Made by a program: the position numbers and the translations under genes
Source of the DNA: Nitrosopumilus sp.
GTDB taxonomy: Archaea > Thermoproteota > Nitrososphaeria > Nitrososphaerales > Nitrosopumilaceae
Reading direction: 5' to 3'
Assembly (NCBI GenBank): GCA_965203315.1
Contig: OZ241857.1
Location: 1,152,001-1,216,000 of the forward strand
Length of the DNA stretch: 64,000 bases
Shown: positions 32,765 to 41,147 of the stretch, piece by piece
Numbering within the stretch: position 1 is the first letter of the stretch
Layout: every line of letters begins with the position of its first letter
The notes under the pieces: model-generated
What the model was told of the DNA's origin: nothing
The model's input: only the letters and a program-made list of their open reading frames with translations
Databases searched by the model: none

Positions 32765-33656
32765 GTGGCAACAAGAAAATTAGACCGGAGAGAGATATTG
32801 GAAATTATATCACAAAGGCAAAATGGTACCAAGTTATCTGTAATAGCAACTCAATTTAGCGTCACTCCACAAAGAGTATGTCAAATATATTCACACTATC
32901 TCGAGACTGGTTCCGCACCAACTCTAAAGAAGACTGGACGACCAAGCAAAGAGCCTACAAAAAAAGAGATTCGATTGGTAAAGAAAGCATACAATCGTAA
33001 ACCTCAAGGCATGGTCTATCTTGCAAGGCGTATGCGTAATTCTAATATACATATAAGCTATAATACAGTACGAAAAATAATGATCGCCGAAGGCTTTGTA
33101 ACTCCAGCACCTGGAAGGAGAAAACGTCGCAGTTAGGTTCGTTTTGAGAGGAGATACTCTAACGCCATGTGGCATGTAGGCTGACACATAATATCTGACT
33201 CAAGATGGAACTCTACCTGATTTGCTACATAGACGATGCTTCTAGATGCATCACGGGTTTTGGGTCTTTAAACATGCAACATCAGCCAACGCAGTCAGTG
33301 TGTTGAGAAAAGCTATCAAAAAGTTTGGCGTACCGGCACAGATACTATCTGATCGTGGAATATAATTTACATCTGCTAAAAAACCAAAGAACGGGCGTAA
33401 AATTACATTATTTGAAGCAGAATTAAGCAAACGAAAAATAAAACAAATACTTGCAAGTCATCACCAGACCAATAACAAGTTGGAGAGATTCTTTGGGACA
33501 TTTGAATCAGAGATTAAACATTCCAATGGTATAATGTCATACATCAATTACTAAAACAAAGACAGACTTTATTTCTCACTAGATGTCAATAATAGTGAAG
33601 TACCTTTGATTGCATTTAAAGCAAAACGTGCCAGTGCTGAAATTAGAAATAATTAA
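32765..33656 (+). pseudogene. Decayed IS481-like transposase
   Basis: HTH ORF ends at RRKRRS*; reading on gives VRFERRYSNAMWHV, YIDDASR, QILSDRG, KLERFF with stops and frameshifts. Confidence 0.8.
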
Positions 33657-33683
33657 CTGTGCAAACTAAAATTATGGTGAATT

Positions 33684-34541
33684 TCAATGATTTTTATGTA
33701 ATACAGTCTTACTTTTCGTGGAATAATCCCTTCTAAGTAGACCTGTGGCCTTGGCGACCAGCGTTCCTGCTAGTAGACCCAGAGATAACAGTACAATTGT
33801 TCCTGCGGGAGCAATATTAAATATGTATGACAGTATTATTCCTACAACAACAGAAGAGACAGAATATGTAATAGATATAAGAACAGTTTGTTTGAATCCA
33901 CGACCATAAATTATTGCAGTAACATTTGGTATTACAAATAATGAAGATATCAACAATACTCCTATTAGTTGAATAGAAGTAACAACTGTTATACCAGCGA
34001 TGAAGATCAGCAGATAGTTGAGATATTTAACATTAATACCGCTGGCCTTTGCTTGCTCTTCGTTAAATGTAGAGTATAATAGTTGTCTACGAAATACCAA
34101 CATCGTTATCAATATTATTCCTACCAGTGGCAAGACCATTAGAGCATCGTTAATGCCAACAAGCAATATACTGCCAAATAGAAAACTAAAGATATCAATT
34201 GAAAATCCACCTTGTAATCCAATTATTACAAGTCCTATTGCTATCCCCGAAGACAATAGTATAGCTACTGCCGCATCACCAGAGATGTCGAATCTCTCTC
34301 GAACTTTGGTTATGGTTAATGCACTTGCAATTGCGACTATATATGCTGCCCAAATTGGGTATATGCCAGCCATCAGACCAAATGCAATTCCACCAAATGA
34401 AGAGTGAGCCATCGCGTCACCAAATAGTGAGTACCTACGTAAAACTAGAAACATTCCAACTACAGAACATAGAACAGCAATGGCGACGCCAGACACTAGC
34501 GCGCGTTGCATAAATCCAAACGTTAGTATCTCAAAGGACAT
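33684..34541 (-). CDS. znuB: Zn/Mn ABC transporter permease
   Basis: GDAMAH, FLFGSIL, GVLLISS motifs. Confidence 0.88.
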   Translation of the reverse strand: MSFEILTFGFMQRALVSGVAIAVLCSVVGMFLVLRRYSLFGDAMAHSSFGGIAFGLMAGIYPIWAAYIVAIASALTITKVRERFDISGDAAVAILLSSGIAIGLVIIGLQGGFSIDIFSFLFGSILLVGINDALMVLPLVGIILITMLVFRRQLLYSTFNEEQAKASGINVKYLNYLLIFIAGITVVTSIQLIGVLLISSLFVIPNVTAIIYGRGFKQTVLISITYSVSSVVVGIILSYIFNIAPAGTIVLLSLGLLAGTLVAKATGLLRRDYSTKSKTVLHKNH

Positions 34542-34543
34542 GA

Positions 34544-35260
34544 TTAATGGTGATGCATATGAGTCTGCATCGGCGTCTCTGTATATTGTAACAGTAACTC
34601 TTTATCAGAAAAGAACTTTTCAGATCTGCCATGAAAGTACATCTTTTTATTCAAACATGCGACATGATCTGCAATCTGGTTTACAGCATCGAGATCATGT
34701 GATGACCAAATTATTGTAATATTTTGTTTTGTGTTCAATTCTTGTAGTATACTATAAAATAGATCAATACTAGATTGATCGATTCCTGTTACAGGTTCAT
34801 CAAGTACGAGGATCTTTGGTTTGCGTATTAGTGCTTTTGCTATAAACACACGTTGTTGTTGCCCCGCCGAGAGCTCACCAATACGTCTATTGCTTAATTC
34901 ATGAATCCATAGGTATTGTAAGATTTGATCTACGGTGTCATCATCAGTATCATGATCTAGTCCCATTTGTACAACATCCTTGACAGTTACTGGAAAGTTC
35001 TTGTCAAAGATTGGTTTCTGTGGAACGTAACCGACAGTTTTGAGATATCTCTTTGACTTGCGGATATCTGTATCAAAGAACTTGATTGTACCAGTATATT
35101 TGGTATACAGACCTAGCATTGCTGCAAATAGAGTTGATTTACCTGCACCGTTTGGACCAATTATGCCCAGAAAGTCACCCTCGTTGACTGCAAGATTTAT
35201 GTTATCGAGTACGATATCATCGTATCGTACAGTTAGATTTTGAATGTCAATTAACGACAT
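34544..35260 (-). CDS. znuC: Zn/Mn ABC transporter ATPase
   Basis: GPNGAGKST, LSAGQQQR, LDEP, SHD. Confidence 0.88.
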   Translation of the reverse strand: MSLIDIQNLTVRYDDIVLDNINLAVNEGDFLGIIGPNGAGKSTLFAAMLGLYTKYTGTIKFFDTDIRKSKRYLKTVGYVPQKPIFDKNFPVTVKDVVQMGLDHDTDDDTVDQILQYLWIHELSNRRIGELSAGQQQRVFIAKALIRKPKILVLDEPVTGIDQSSIDLFYSILQELNTKQNITIIWSSHDLDAVNQIADHVACLNKKMYFHGRSEKFFSDKELLLQYTETPMQTHMHHH

Positions 35261-36258
35261 AGTGCAACCTCTAGATTTTGGAGATTTGTAGTCATTCTAG
35301 AGATATAGTCTTCGTCAGAACTTATCTCTAGTGGAGATAGTGGCAAGACTTGTCCATCCAGCTCATCGGCGATAACTTGAGATGCTCTCTCGTTATACTG
35401 TTCTTCAGCGAATATCACATCAACATCTAGACGTTTTGCCGTCGTGATTATATTTTCAAGCGTCTGTGCAGTAACCTCACCGTGTGGGTCTAATGAGGAA
35501 AGAATATTGTGATATCTCAGACCATATTCGTTTGAAAAATATGTAAAGGCATCATGAAATGCAATATAGTCATGATTACAGTTAGCTAGTGTATTACGAA
35601 TGTTATCATCGAGATTGGCAAGTTTAGCATTATACTGTTCTGCTCTAGTCTGATAATACTCTCGATTTTCTGGATCTTGATCAGATAGAGCATCTGCAAT
35701 GTTTTGAATTTGGATCTGGGCAAGTACTGGATTTAGCCAGATATGTGGATCTCCAGCGCTGTGATCATGTCCGTGTTCATCTTTGTGGTCATCATCATGA
35801 TCATCTTCGTGTCTCTCGTCGTCGTGTTCATCATCGTGTTCGTCTCGCTCATCTTTGTGGTCATCATCGTGTTCGTCATGTCCGCCTATGATCTTGATTC
35901 CATTACTGGTATCGACTATTACTCCATTAAACTCACCCTCTTCTAGATCTTCTACCCAAGTCTCAAAACCTACCCCATTGATTACAATCACATCTGCATT
36001 CTGTAGACGCTGTACATCTTGAACGGTAGGCTCCCAGTCATGTGGTTCTGCTCCAGGAGGTATAAGAAGTGATGAATCTATCTTTGTCCCACCAACCTCA
36101 TTTGTAAACTCGTAAATTGGATAAAACGATGATATAACAGTCAACTTTTCTACCGAGTCACTAGTTGATCCACTAGAGCCTATTCCAGATATTGCAATAG
36201 AACCTACTACTACGGCTACAACTATGCCCGCAATTGTTGCCCATATCATTTTATTCAA
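35251..36258 (-). CDS. znuA: Zn ABC transporter substrate-binding protein with His/Asp-rich loop
   Basis: EPHDWEP, DPHIW, HDAF; long H/D/E loop. Confidence 0.9.
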   Translation of the reverse strand: MNKMIWATIAGIVVAVVVGSIAISGIGSSGSTSDSVEKLTVISSFYPIYEFTNEVGGTKIDSSLLIPPGAEPHDWEPTVQDVQRLQNADVIVINGVGFETWVEDLEEGEFNGVIVDTSNGIKIIGGHDEHDDDHKDERDEHDDEHDDERHEDDHDDDHKDEHGHDHSAGDPHIWLNPVLAQIQIQNIADALSDQDPENREYYQTRAEQYNAKLANLDDNIRNTLANCNHDYIAFHDAFTYFSNEYGLRYHNILSSLDPHGEVTAQTLENIITTAKRLDVDVIFAEEQYNERASQVIADELDGQVLPLSPLEISSDEDYISRMTTNLQNLEVALCR

Positions 36259-36277
36259 TACAGCCTTTTGATATTAG

Positions 36278-36306
36278 TTATTAATAAATGTAAAGAATCT
36301 TAATAA
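36278..36306. promoter_or_regulatory. Candidate operator TTATTAA-N15-TTAATAA between divergent znuA and the NikR-like gene
   Basis: Perfect 7-bp inverted repeat with a 15-nt spacer; AT-rich context lowers significance. Confidence 0.35.
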
Positions 36307-36349
36307 AAATAACTGTTAAACTTATAAGATAATTAATAATAATACAGGT

Positions 36350-36733
36350 ATGCCAATAGTCTCGATCTCGTTAAATGATGGGATTCTGACAGATCTGGAC
36401 AATCTACAGAATACTATGGGCTTTTCAGGGAGATCTGAAGCAATAAGAGCAGGGATTAGAGCGTTTATCGCTACAGAGAAGCAGTATGGTGATATGGTTG
36501 GGAATATACATGCGATCCTCTTGGTTGTACACAACGATGCCTTTGATGATATAGTGTCTGGAATCAGACATAGTTTCGAGGATCTGATAACAACACACCT
36601 ACACACCAAGATAGAACAAGAGAAGTGTATGGAACTCTTTATCGTCGATGGTGATGCCGAAAAGATATCTACGATGACTAGAGACTTTCAGACAAACAAG
36701 AATATGGATACAGTAAGACTTGTGATGATCTAG
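36350..36733 (+). CDS. NikR/CopG-family ribbon-helix-helix metal-responsive regulator
   Basis: IVSISL..GRSEAIR (RHH); H..THLH..CME metal-binding ACT-like domain. Confidence 0.85.
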   Translation: MPIVSISLNDGILTDLDNLQNTMGFSGRSEAIRAGIRAFIATEKQYGDMVGNIHAILLVVHNDAFDDIVSGIRHSFEDLITTHLHTKIEQEKCMELFIVDGDAEKISTMTRDFQTNKNMDTVRLVMI

Positions 36734-38064
36734 ACGTATCGTCTAGTAGCTACTATGATACCAGTCAGAGATATTATCATGATTAAGATGGCTAGTCCTC
36801 CAAACTCTGGCACAACAACTATTCTAAACTCTGTATCTTGACCCGTATTACGAATATCTTCAAACTTGATCGTTGTGGGGCCTGTCTGTTCTTCTGCGAA
36901 TGTAAACTTTTCAAACTGACCACCTATTTGAGCAACTCCAGAGGATCGATAGAGCTCTTGATCGTTTTGTAGAATGATAAAGGTGTAGGCAGAGTTACGT
37001 AGTGGCTCATTGGTCTTGCCATCACGAATTGTAAAGACAAAGTTTGTTGGAGTTTCAGGTTCTAGTTCTATTGGATCCCATGCTAGATTGACGGCAAAGT
37101 CTTCACTTATGGTATATGCTGTGAGTGGAAATGATATCTCTTCATTTGCCTCTAGTTTGAATAACATACTTTGAGGAAGTGGTTGATCAGAACTCTGCAT
37201 ATCTCTCTTTAACAGTCGTAGATGATCTTGTAGTAGAACAAAGTGTACGATTCGCTCATCGTCTTCAGTATAGTCGTCAATAACTACTGATTCCTTGAAT
37301 AGTTTTATTCCGTTGACATAACCTGTATAGCTAGGAGACAGAAACTCTACAAAGTCGTTTGGGAAATGTATCTCTTCGTGGACTACAGGTATATGAGACA
37401 TACGATCTTCACTCCAATCAAATGGCATCTCAAAGGTGACTTGCCTTGCTGCTGGAACATAATTTAGATCATGTATCTTGTCAAAGTAAGATTTGGTACG
37501 AAACTTGACATCGTCACCTTGAGAATCTGTTTGTATAAATGATTGAACTTCGGTGACGCTTAGATCTGCATAGTAGATATCGGACTCGATGATATTTGTA
37601 GGCTCATCTATCGTTCTGATCTCGATCTCAAATGTATATAGTCCACCAGAGTTGAGTAGCGGACCTGTAATCTCTATTGGATCAGAGTTTGTTCCATGCC
37701 ATGCACCTAGGATCGAGTCTTGTGTACCATGGATCGTGATCTCGGGATCGTCTGTAGGTATTGGTGTGAGGTACAGTATACCATCTTTGGCAAAAAAGTA
37801 GTTACGAAATATCATCGTGTCGTCATGGTATAGACCTATCAGAAACGTAACATTTGGGACAGGCTCGTCAGTGTCGTCATCTGATGCGGTGATTGTGATG
37901 TATCGCTGATCTTGATCAAAGTCTAGAGGCATCTCAACCGTAATGGATAATTTGCGATCTCCTACATCAATTGAAGATATTGTATCTAGACCAAGACCGT
38001 GTCCGTATGCAGTGCCTACAGTAGTACATGCCACAAATACAAGAAAGAGATGTAGATGCATCAT
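36730..38064 (-). CDS. PEFG-CTERM secreted protein, predicted mature N-terminus HGLG
   Basis: AYG|HGLG; VVPEFG + TM. Confidence 0.82.
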   Translation of the reverse strand: MMHLHLFLVFVACTTVGTAYGHGLGLDTISSIDVGDRKLSITVEMPLDFDQDQRYITITASDDDTDEPVPNVTFLIGLYHDDTMIFRNYFFAKDGILYLTPIPTDDPEITIHGTQDSILGAWHGTNSDPIEITGPLLNSGGLYTFEIEIRTIDEPTNIIESDIYYADLSVTEVQSFIQTDSQGDDVKFRTKSYFDKIHDLNYVPAARQVTFEMPFDWSEDRMSHIPVVHEEIHFPNDFVEFLSPSYTGYVNGIKLFKESVVIDDYTEDDERIVHFVLLQDHLRLLKRDMQSSDQPLPQSMLFKLEANEEISFPLTAYTISEDFAVNLAWDPIELEPETPTNFVFTIRDGKTNEPLRNSAYTFIILQNDQELYRSSGVAQIGGQFEKFTFAEEQTGPTTIKFEDIRNTGQDTEFRIVVVPEFGGLAILIMIISLTGIIVATRRYV

Positions 38065-38774
38065 GTTGTTTTATCCATAAAGAGTTCTTTAACCTTATCA
38101 ACTAGATTGGACATTGTCGGTGCCTCTAGTATTGGCTGTAGATCAGATGGATCTTTGGCGCCTAGAGCAGCAAGTGAGTAGACATAGTCGATGGTTGGAA
38201 TCTCGGTTATCAAATAGTACTGTTCAAGTAGATGATCAAGTGCTTGTGGATCAATAGTCTGAGGTGATGATTTGATAATCTTTTGTTTCCATAGTGCTAC
38301 AAGATCCTGCCATGTATCAAGTGTTATATTATCATCAATCTCTGGAAGCATCTGTACTCGTCCCTGAATGTACATCTTTGTATCTCGACCAATCTTGTTA
38401 TGAAGTTCAGATATGCGTTCATGTCCTTCTAGAGTATTAGGATCATAGTCTAGAGGCCGTTTCATCGGAGGCGGTATGAGCTCGCCAATCATAAATGGAT
38501 TTCGACCCATCGTCTCGATCTGTATCTGTAATCCATCTAGCCCAACATTCTCACATTTTGTAATCTTGGTAATGGTTCCTACCGCTCTGGGTGCAGTCCA
38601 GCCGTTTACAGATAATGATTGGTGATTTGCTAAACAGACTCCAAATTGTCCATCACCCAACATACAGTCATCAACCATCTGCTTGTATCTAGGCTCGAAT
38701 ATCCGTAATGGTAGTTCTTGTCTAGGAAAGAGAACTAGATCAAGTGGAAATATTGGAATTACTCTATTCAACAC
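38061..38774 (-). CDS. LON peptidase substrate-binding (N-terminal) domain protein
   Basis: IPIFPL..VLFP..LPLRIFEPRY..M. Confidence 0.85.
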   Translation of the reverse strand: MLNRVIPIFPLDLVLFPRQELPLRIFEPRYKQMVDDCMLGDGQFGVCLANHQSLSVNGWTAPRAVGTITKITKCENVGLDGLQIQIETMGRNPFMIGELIPPPMKRPLDYDPNTLEGHERISELHNKIGRDTKMYIQGRVQMLPEIDDNITLDTWQDLVALWKQKIIKSSPQTIDPQALDHLLEQYYLITEIPTIDYVYSLAALGAKDPSDLQPILEAPTMSNLVDKVKELFMDKTT

Positions 38775-38903
38775 ATATACTAGAATGCTTCTAGATATAT
38801 TGAATTCGACTAGAGATTTACGTAATCGAGTCCAAGAGTGTTAGTTATTGTAGATGACCATATGTGTACGACGCTCATCTTGGTATGGATTGATAACTGA
38901 CAA

Positions 38904-39168
38904 CAGTTTACCTAAATGTGCCTTTTTGAAAAGACATTACAATGTTTTGCTGAGATTATTGCCTGATGGGCACCATCGGCAATTTTTGCATATGCATTTT
39001 CTAATCAAAAGTTGTAATGAAAATGAAATTTCTAGACGTGAAAGTCAATCAAGCGGATTTACTGTTTGTTGATCTAAAGCAAATTCATGATTACACAGTA
39101 CTAATTGAATCATGACTTTTCTTAAGTATTGTAATATCCTCACTAAAAACACACATTTGGGTAAACTG
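38904..39168. mobile_element. Candidate MITE, 265 bp
   Basis: Terminal inverted repeats CAGTTTACCTAAATGTG / CACATTTGGGTAAACTG (16/17 match); flanks GACAA and GACAT; internal hairpin ATTGCCTGATGG-GCA-CCATCGGCAAT. Confidence 0.5.
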
Positions 39169-39178
39169 GACATAGTCG

Positions 39179-39292
39179 TTGAATAAGAAAGAAGTGTTGG
39201 GGATTGTAAACGATTTTCAAGCTATTAATGGTGGTTCATTCATTGTTATAGGTATCATTGTTTTAGTTGGTATGATATTATCCGTTGATTAA
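39179..39292 (+). CDS. Tiny single-TM protein, 37 aa
   Basis: TTG start; MNKKEVLGIVNDFQAINGGSFIVIGIIVLVGMILSVD; stop abuts the next ATG. Confidence 0.4.
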   Translation: MNKKEVLGIVNDFQAINGGSFIVIGIIVLVGMILSVD

Positions 39293-39293
39293 A

Positions 39294-39623
39294 ATGTTAA
39301 AAGCGTTGGATATTGCCATTGGTGTTCTCATTTTTGTTAGTATTTGTGTTGCCTGGCATAAACTCTATAAGGCTATGAAAAATAGTCTATTGTATTTGGT
39401 TATATTTACTAGATGTGAAAGATGCGGTATCTGTGGTGTCGTTGGATCAAGATTGCATTGGTATGGTAGACGATTATACTGTAAAACTTGTAAACCAAAT
39501 GTGAGAAAGGTAAAACCAAAGACAAGAAAGATGAGAAAGGTAAAACCAAAACCGTCAAGAAAGATGAGAAGGAATATAGATGGGATAGTGTTTGTAGAAT
39601 GGTACTACGGGCTAAATCCATAA
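39294..39623 (+). CDS. Small TM + zinc-finger protein with basic repeat tail
   Basis: N-terminal TM, CERCGIC..CKTC, RKVKPK repeats; ATG at 39294. Confidence 0.6.
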   Translation: MLKALDIAIGVLIFVSICVAWHKLYKAMKNSLLYLVIFTRCERCGICGVVGSRLHWYGRRLYCKTCKPNVRKVKPKTRKMRKVKPKPSRKMRRNIDGIVFVEWYYGLNP

Positions 39624-41147
39624 TTACTGTGATTTTAACTCCTCTATCTTTTTCTTGGCTTCATTCAGTTCAGTTGTAAGTTTCTCTATCGTGAATAAGG
39701 CTTCATTCAGTTGAGATTGAGTTTGAGTAGAGTTGGTTTCTAGTATGGTAAATCTAGACTGCAGTTCAGATAGTTCAGTTCTGACGTCTTTGCATGATTC
39801 TGCTAATTGAGTCAGATGTTCTTTAGTCTTAGTATCTGTGTTAAATGCTATTCTTAGATTCTCTTTGAATTTTTGATGTTTATTTTTCCATTCGTCTTTC
39901 TTTTCTTTGAGATTTTCTCGTTTGTCTTCTAGCGTATTTGCACGATCTATTGTTTTGCTGAGTTGAGATTCGAGATCTGATATTTTTATAGCACTTATAC
40001 TATTTGATTGAGATTGATCTTTTACAATGTTATTATACATTAATTTCCAATACTCTACATCATCATTTAGATCGTTTATCATGTTAGATTTCTCATCTAG
40101 CTGTTTCCGTAGCTCATGTAATTGTTCAGCTGTACTTAGTGGTTTTAGGGTAGATGGTGGGTGTGGAGAGATATTATTTAGTTGTGAATCAATAATTTGT
40201 TGAAAGACTTCAAATGGTTGAGCTCCAGATAGTGTAACGTATCCGAGATCATCGTTTCCAATCAAAAATCCTGGTGTGCCATCAATCCCATAACTACGAC
40301 CATCATTCAGATCGTTTCCAATCTCTTCAACATATCTGCCACTAAACAAACATGAATCAAATTCCTCTTGATCAAGATTGATGGTGGTCGCATACGCACT
40401 AAACAGAGCGACAGCCTCATCTACCGAAACATTACTCCATTCAGACTGTCTATCAAATATTAGATCATGCATCATCTTGAAGCTGTCTTGTTCATCGGCA
40501 CACTCTGCAGCAACAGCAGCCGGGACAGCGTTGGGGTGAATGTTGTGTAGTGGAAAGTCCCTATAGACTAGTTTGACTTTGCCGCTGTCGATATACTCTT
40601 CAATTAAAAGTGGTAGTGTCTCTGCATTGAATCTAGCGCAAAATGGACATTGAAAGTCCGAGAACTCGATAATATTGATAGGCGCGTCAGGATTACCGAT
40701 TATTGGATCATCATCAATAGAGATGATTCCAAGTGTGCTAGAGTTATGATCGGTTGGATTTTGATCGTCATCTTGGACGATAATTGTACCAGACATCCAT
40801 GGATGAACGTAACAAAAGTAAGGCACTTCGCCTACCTCAGTTGGAGTCCATTCGAATGATTTACCTGACTGTATTAGGTTAGAATCAAATTCGTCTGTGT
40901 GTTCCTTTATTGTTCCTGACGCAAACACATGAGCAACATTATTCGTATTTGAGAAAATTACCTTGCCACCTACGTCAACCGTTGCTATCATTGGATTGTA
41001 ACAACCCTCTGGTGTATCTTGACAACCTGTAGTACTAGAGCTTGGCATTGGTTCGATCGTCACTTCAGCATGATCTGCAAATGATTCAGATAAGCCTATA
41101 GATCCCATAACCGAAATTATAATGACACTTACAATAAGAAGTTTCAT
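39624..41147 (-). CDS. Secreted cupredoxin-DsbA-coiled-coil fusion
   Basis: Signal; AHVF..FCYVHPWM; EFSDFQCPFC..RDFPL..GTPGF; heptad tail. Confidence 0.85.
   Translation of the reverse strand: MKLLIVSVIIISVMGSIGLSESFADHAEVTIEPMPSSSTTGCQDTPEGCYNPMIATVDVGGKVIFSNTNNVAHVFASGTIKEHTDEFDSNLIQSGKSFEWTPTEVGEVPYFCYVHPWMSGTIIVQDDDQNPTDHNSSTLGIISIDDDPIIGNPDAPINIIEFSDFQCPFCARFNAETLPLLIEEYIDSGKVKLVYRDFPLHNIHPNAVPAAVAAECADEQDSFKMMHDLIFDRQSEWSNVSVDEAVALFSAYATTINLDQEEFDSCLFSGRYVEEIGNDLNDGRSYGIDGTPGFLIGNDDLGYVTLSGAQPFEVFQQIIDSQLNNISPHPPSTLKPLSTAEQLHELRKQLDEKSNMINDLNDDVEYWKLMYNNIVKDQSQSNSISAIKISDLESQLSKTIDRANTLEDKRENLKEKKDEWKNKHQKFKENLRIAFNTDTKTKEHLTQLAESCKDVRTELSELQSRFTILETNSTQTQSQLNEALFTIEKLTTELNEAKKKIEELKSQ

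Noticed and set aside
35760-35885. Low-complexity repeat in znuA
   Set aside because: Ordinary His/Asp-rich loop of ZnuA-type proteins.
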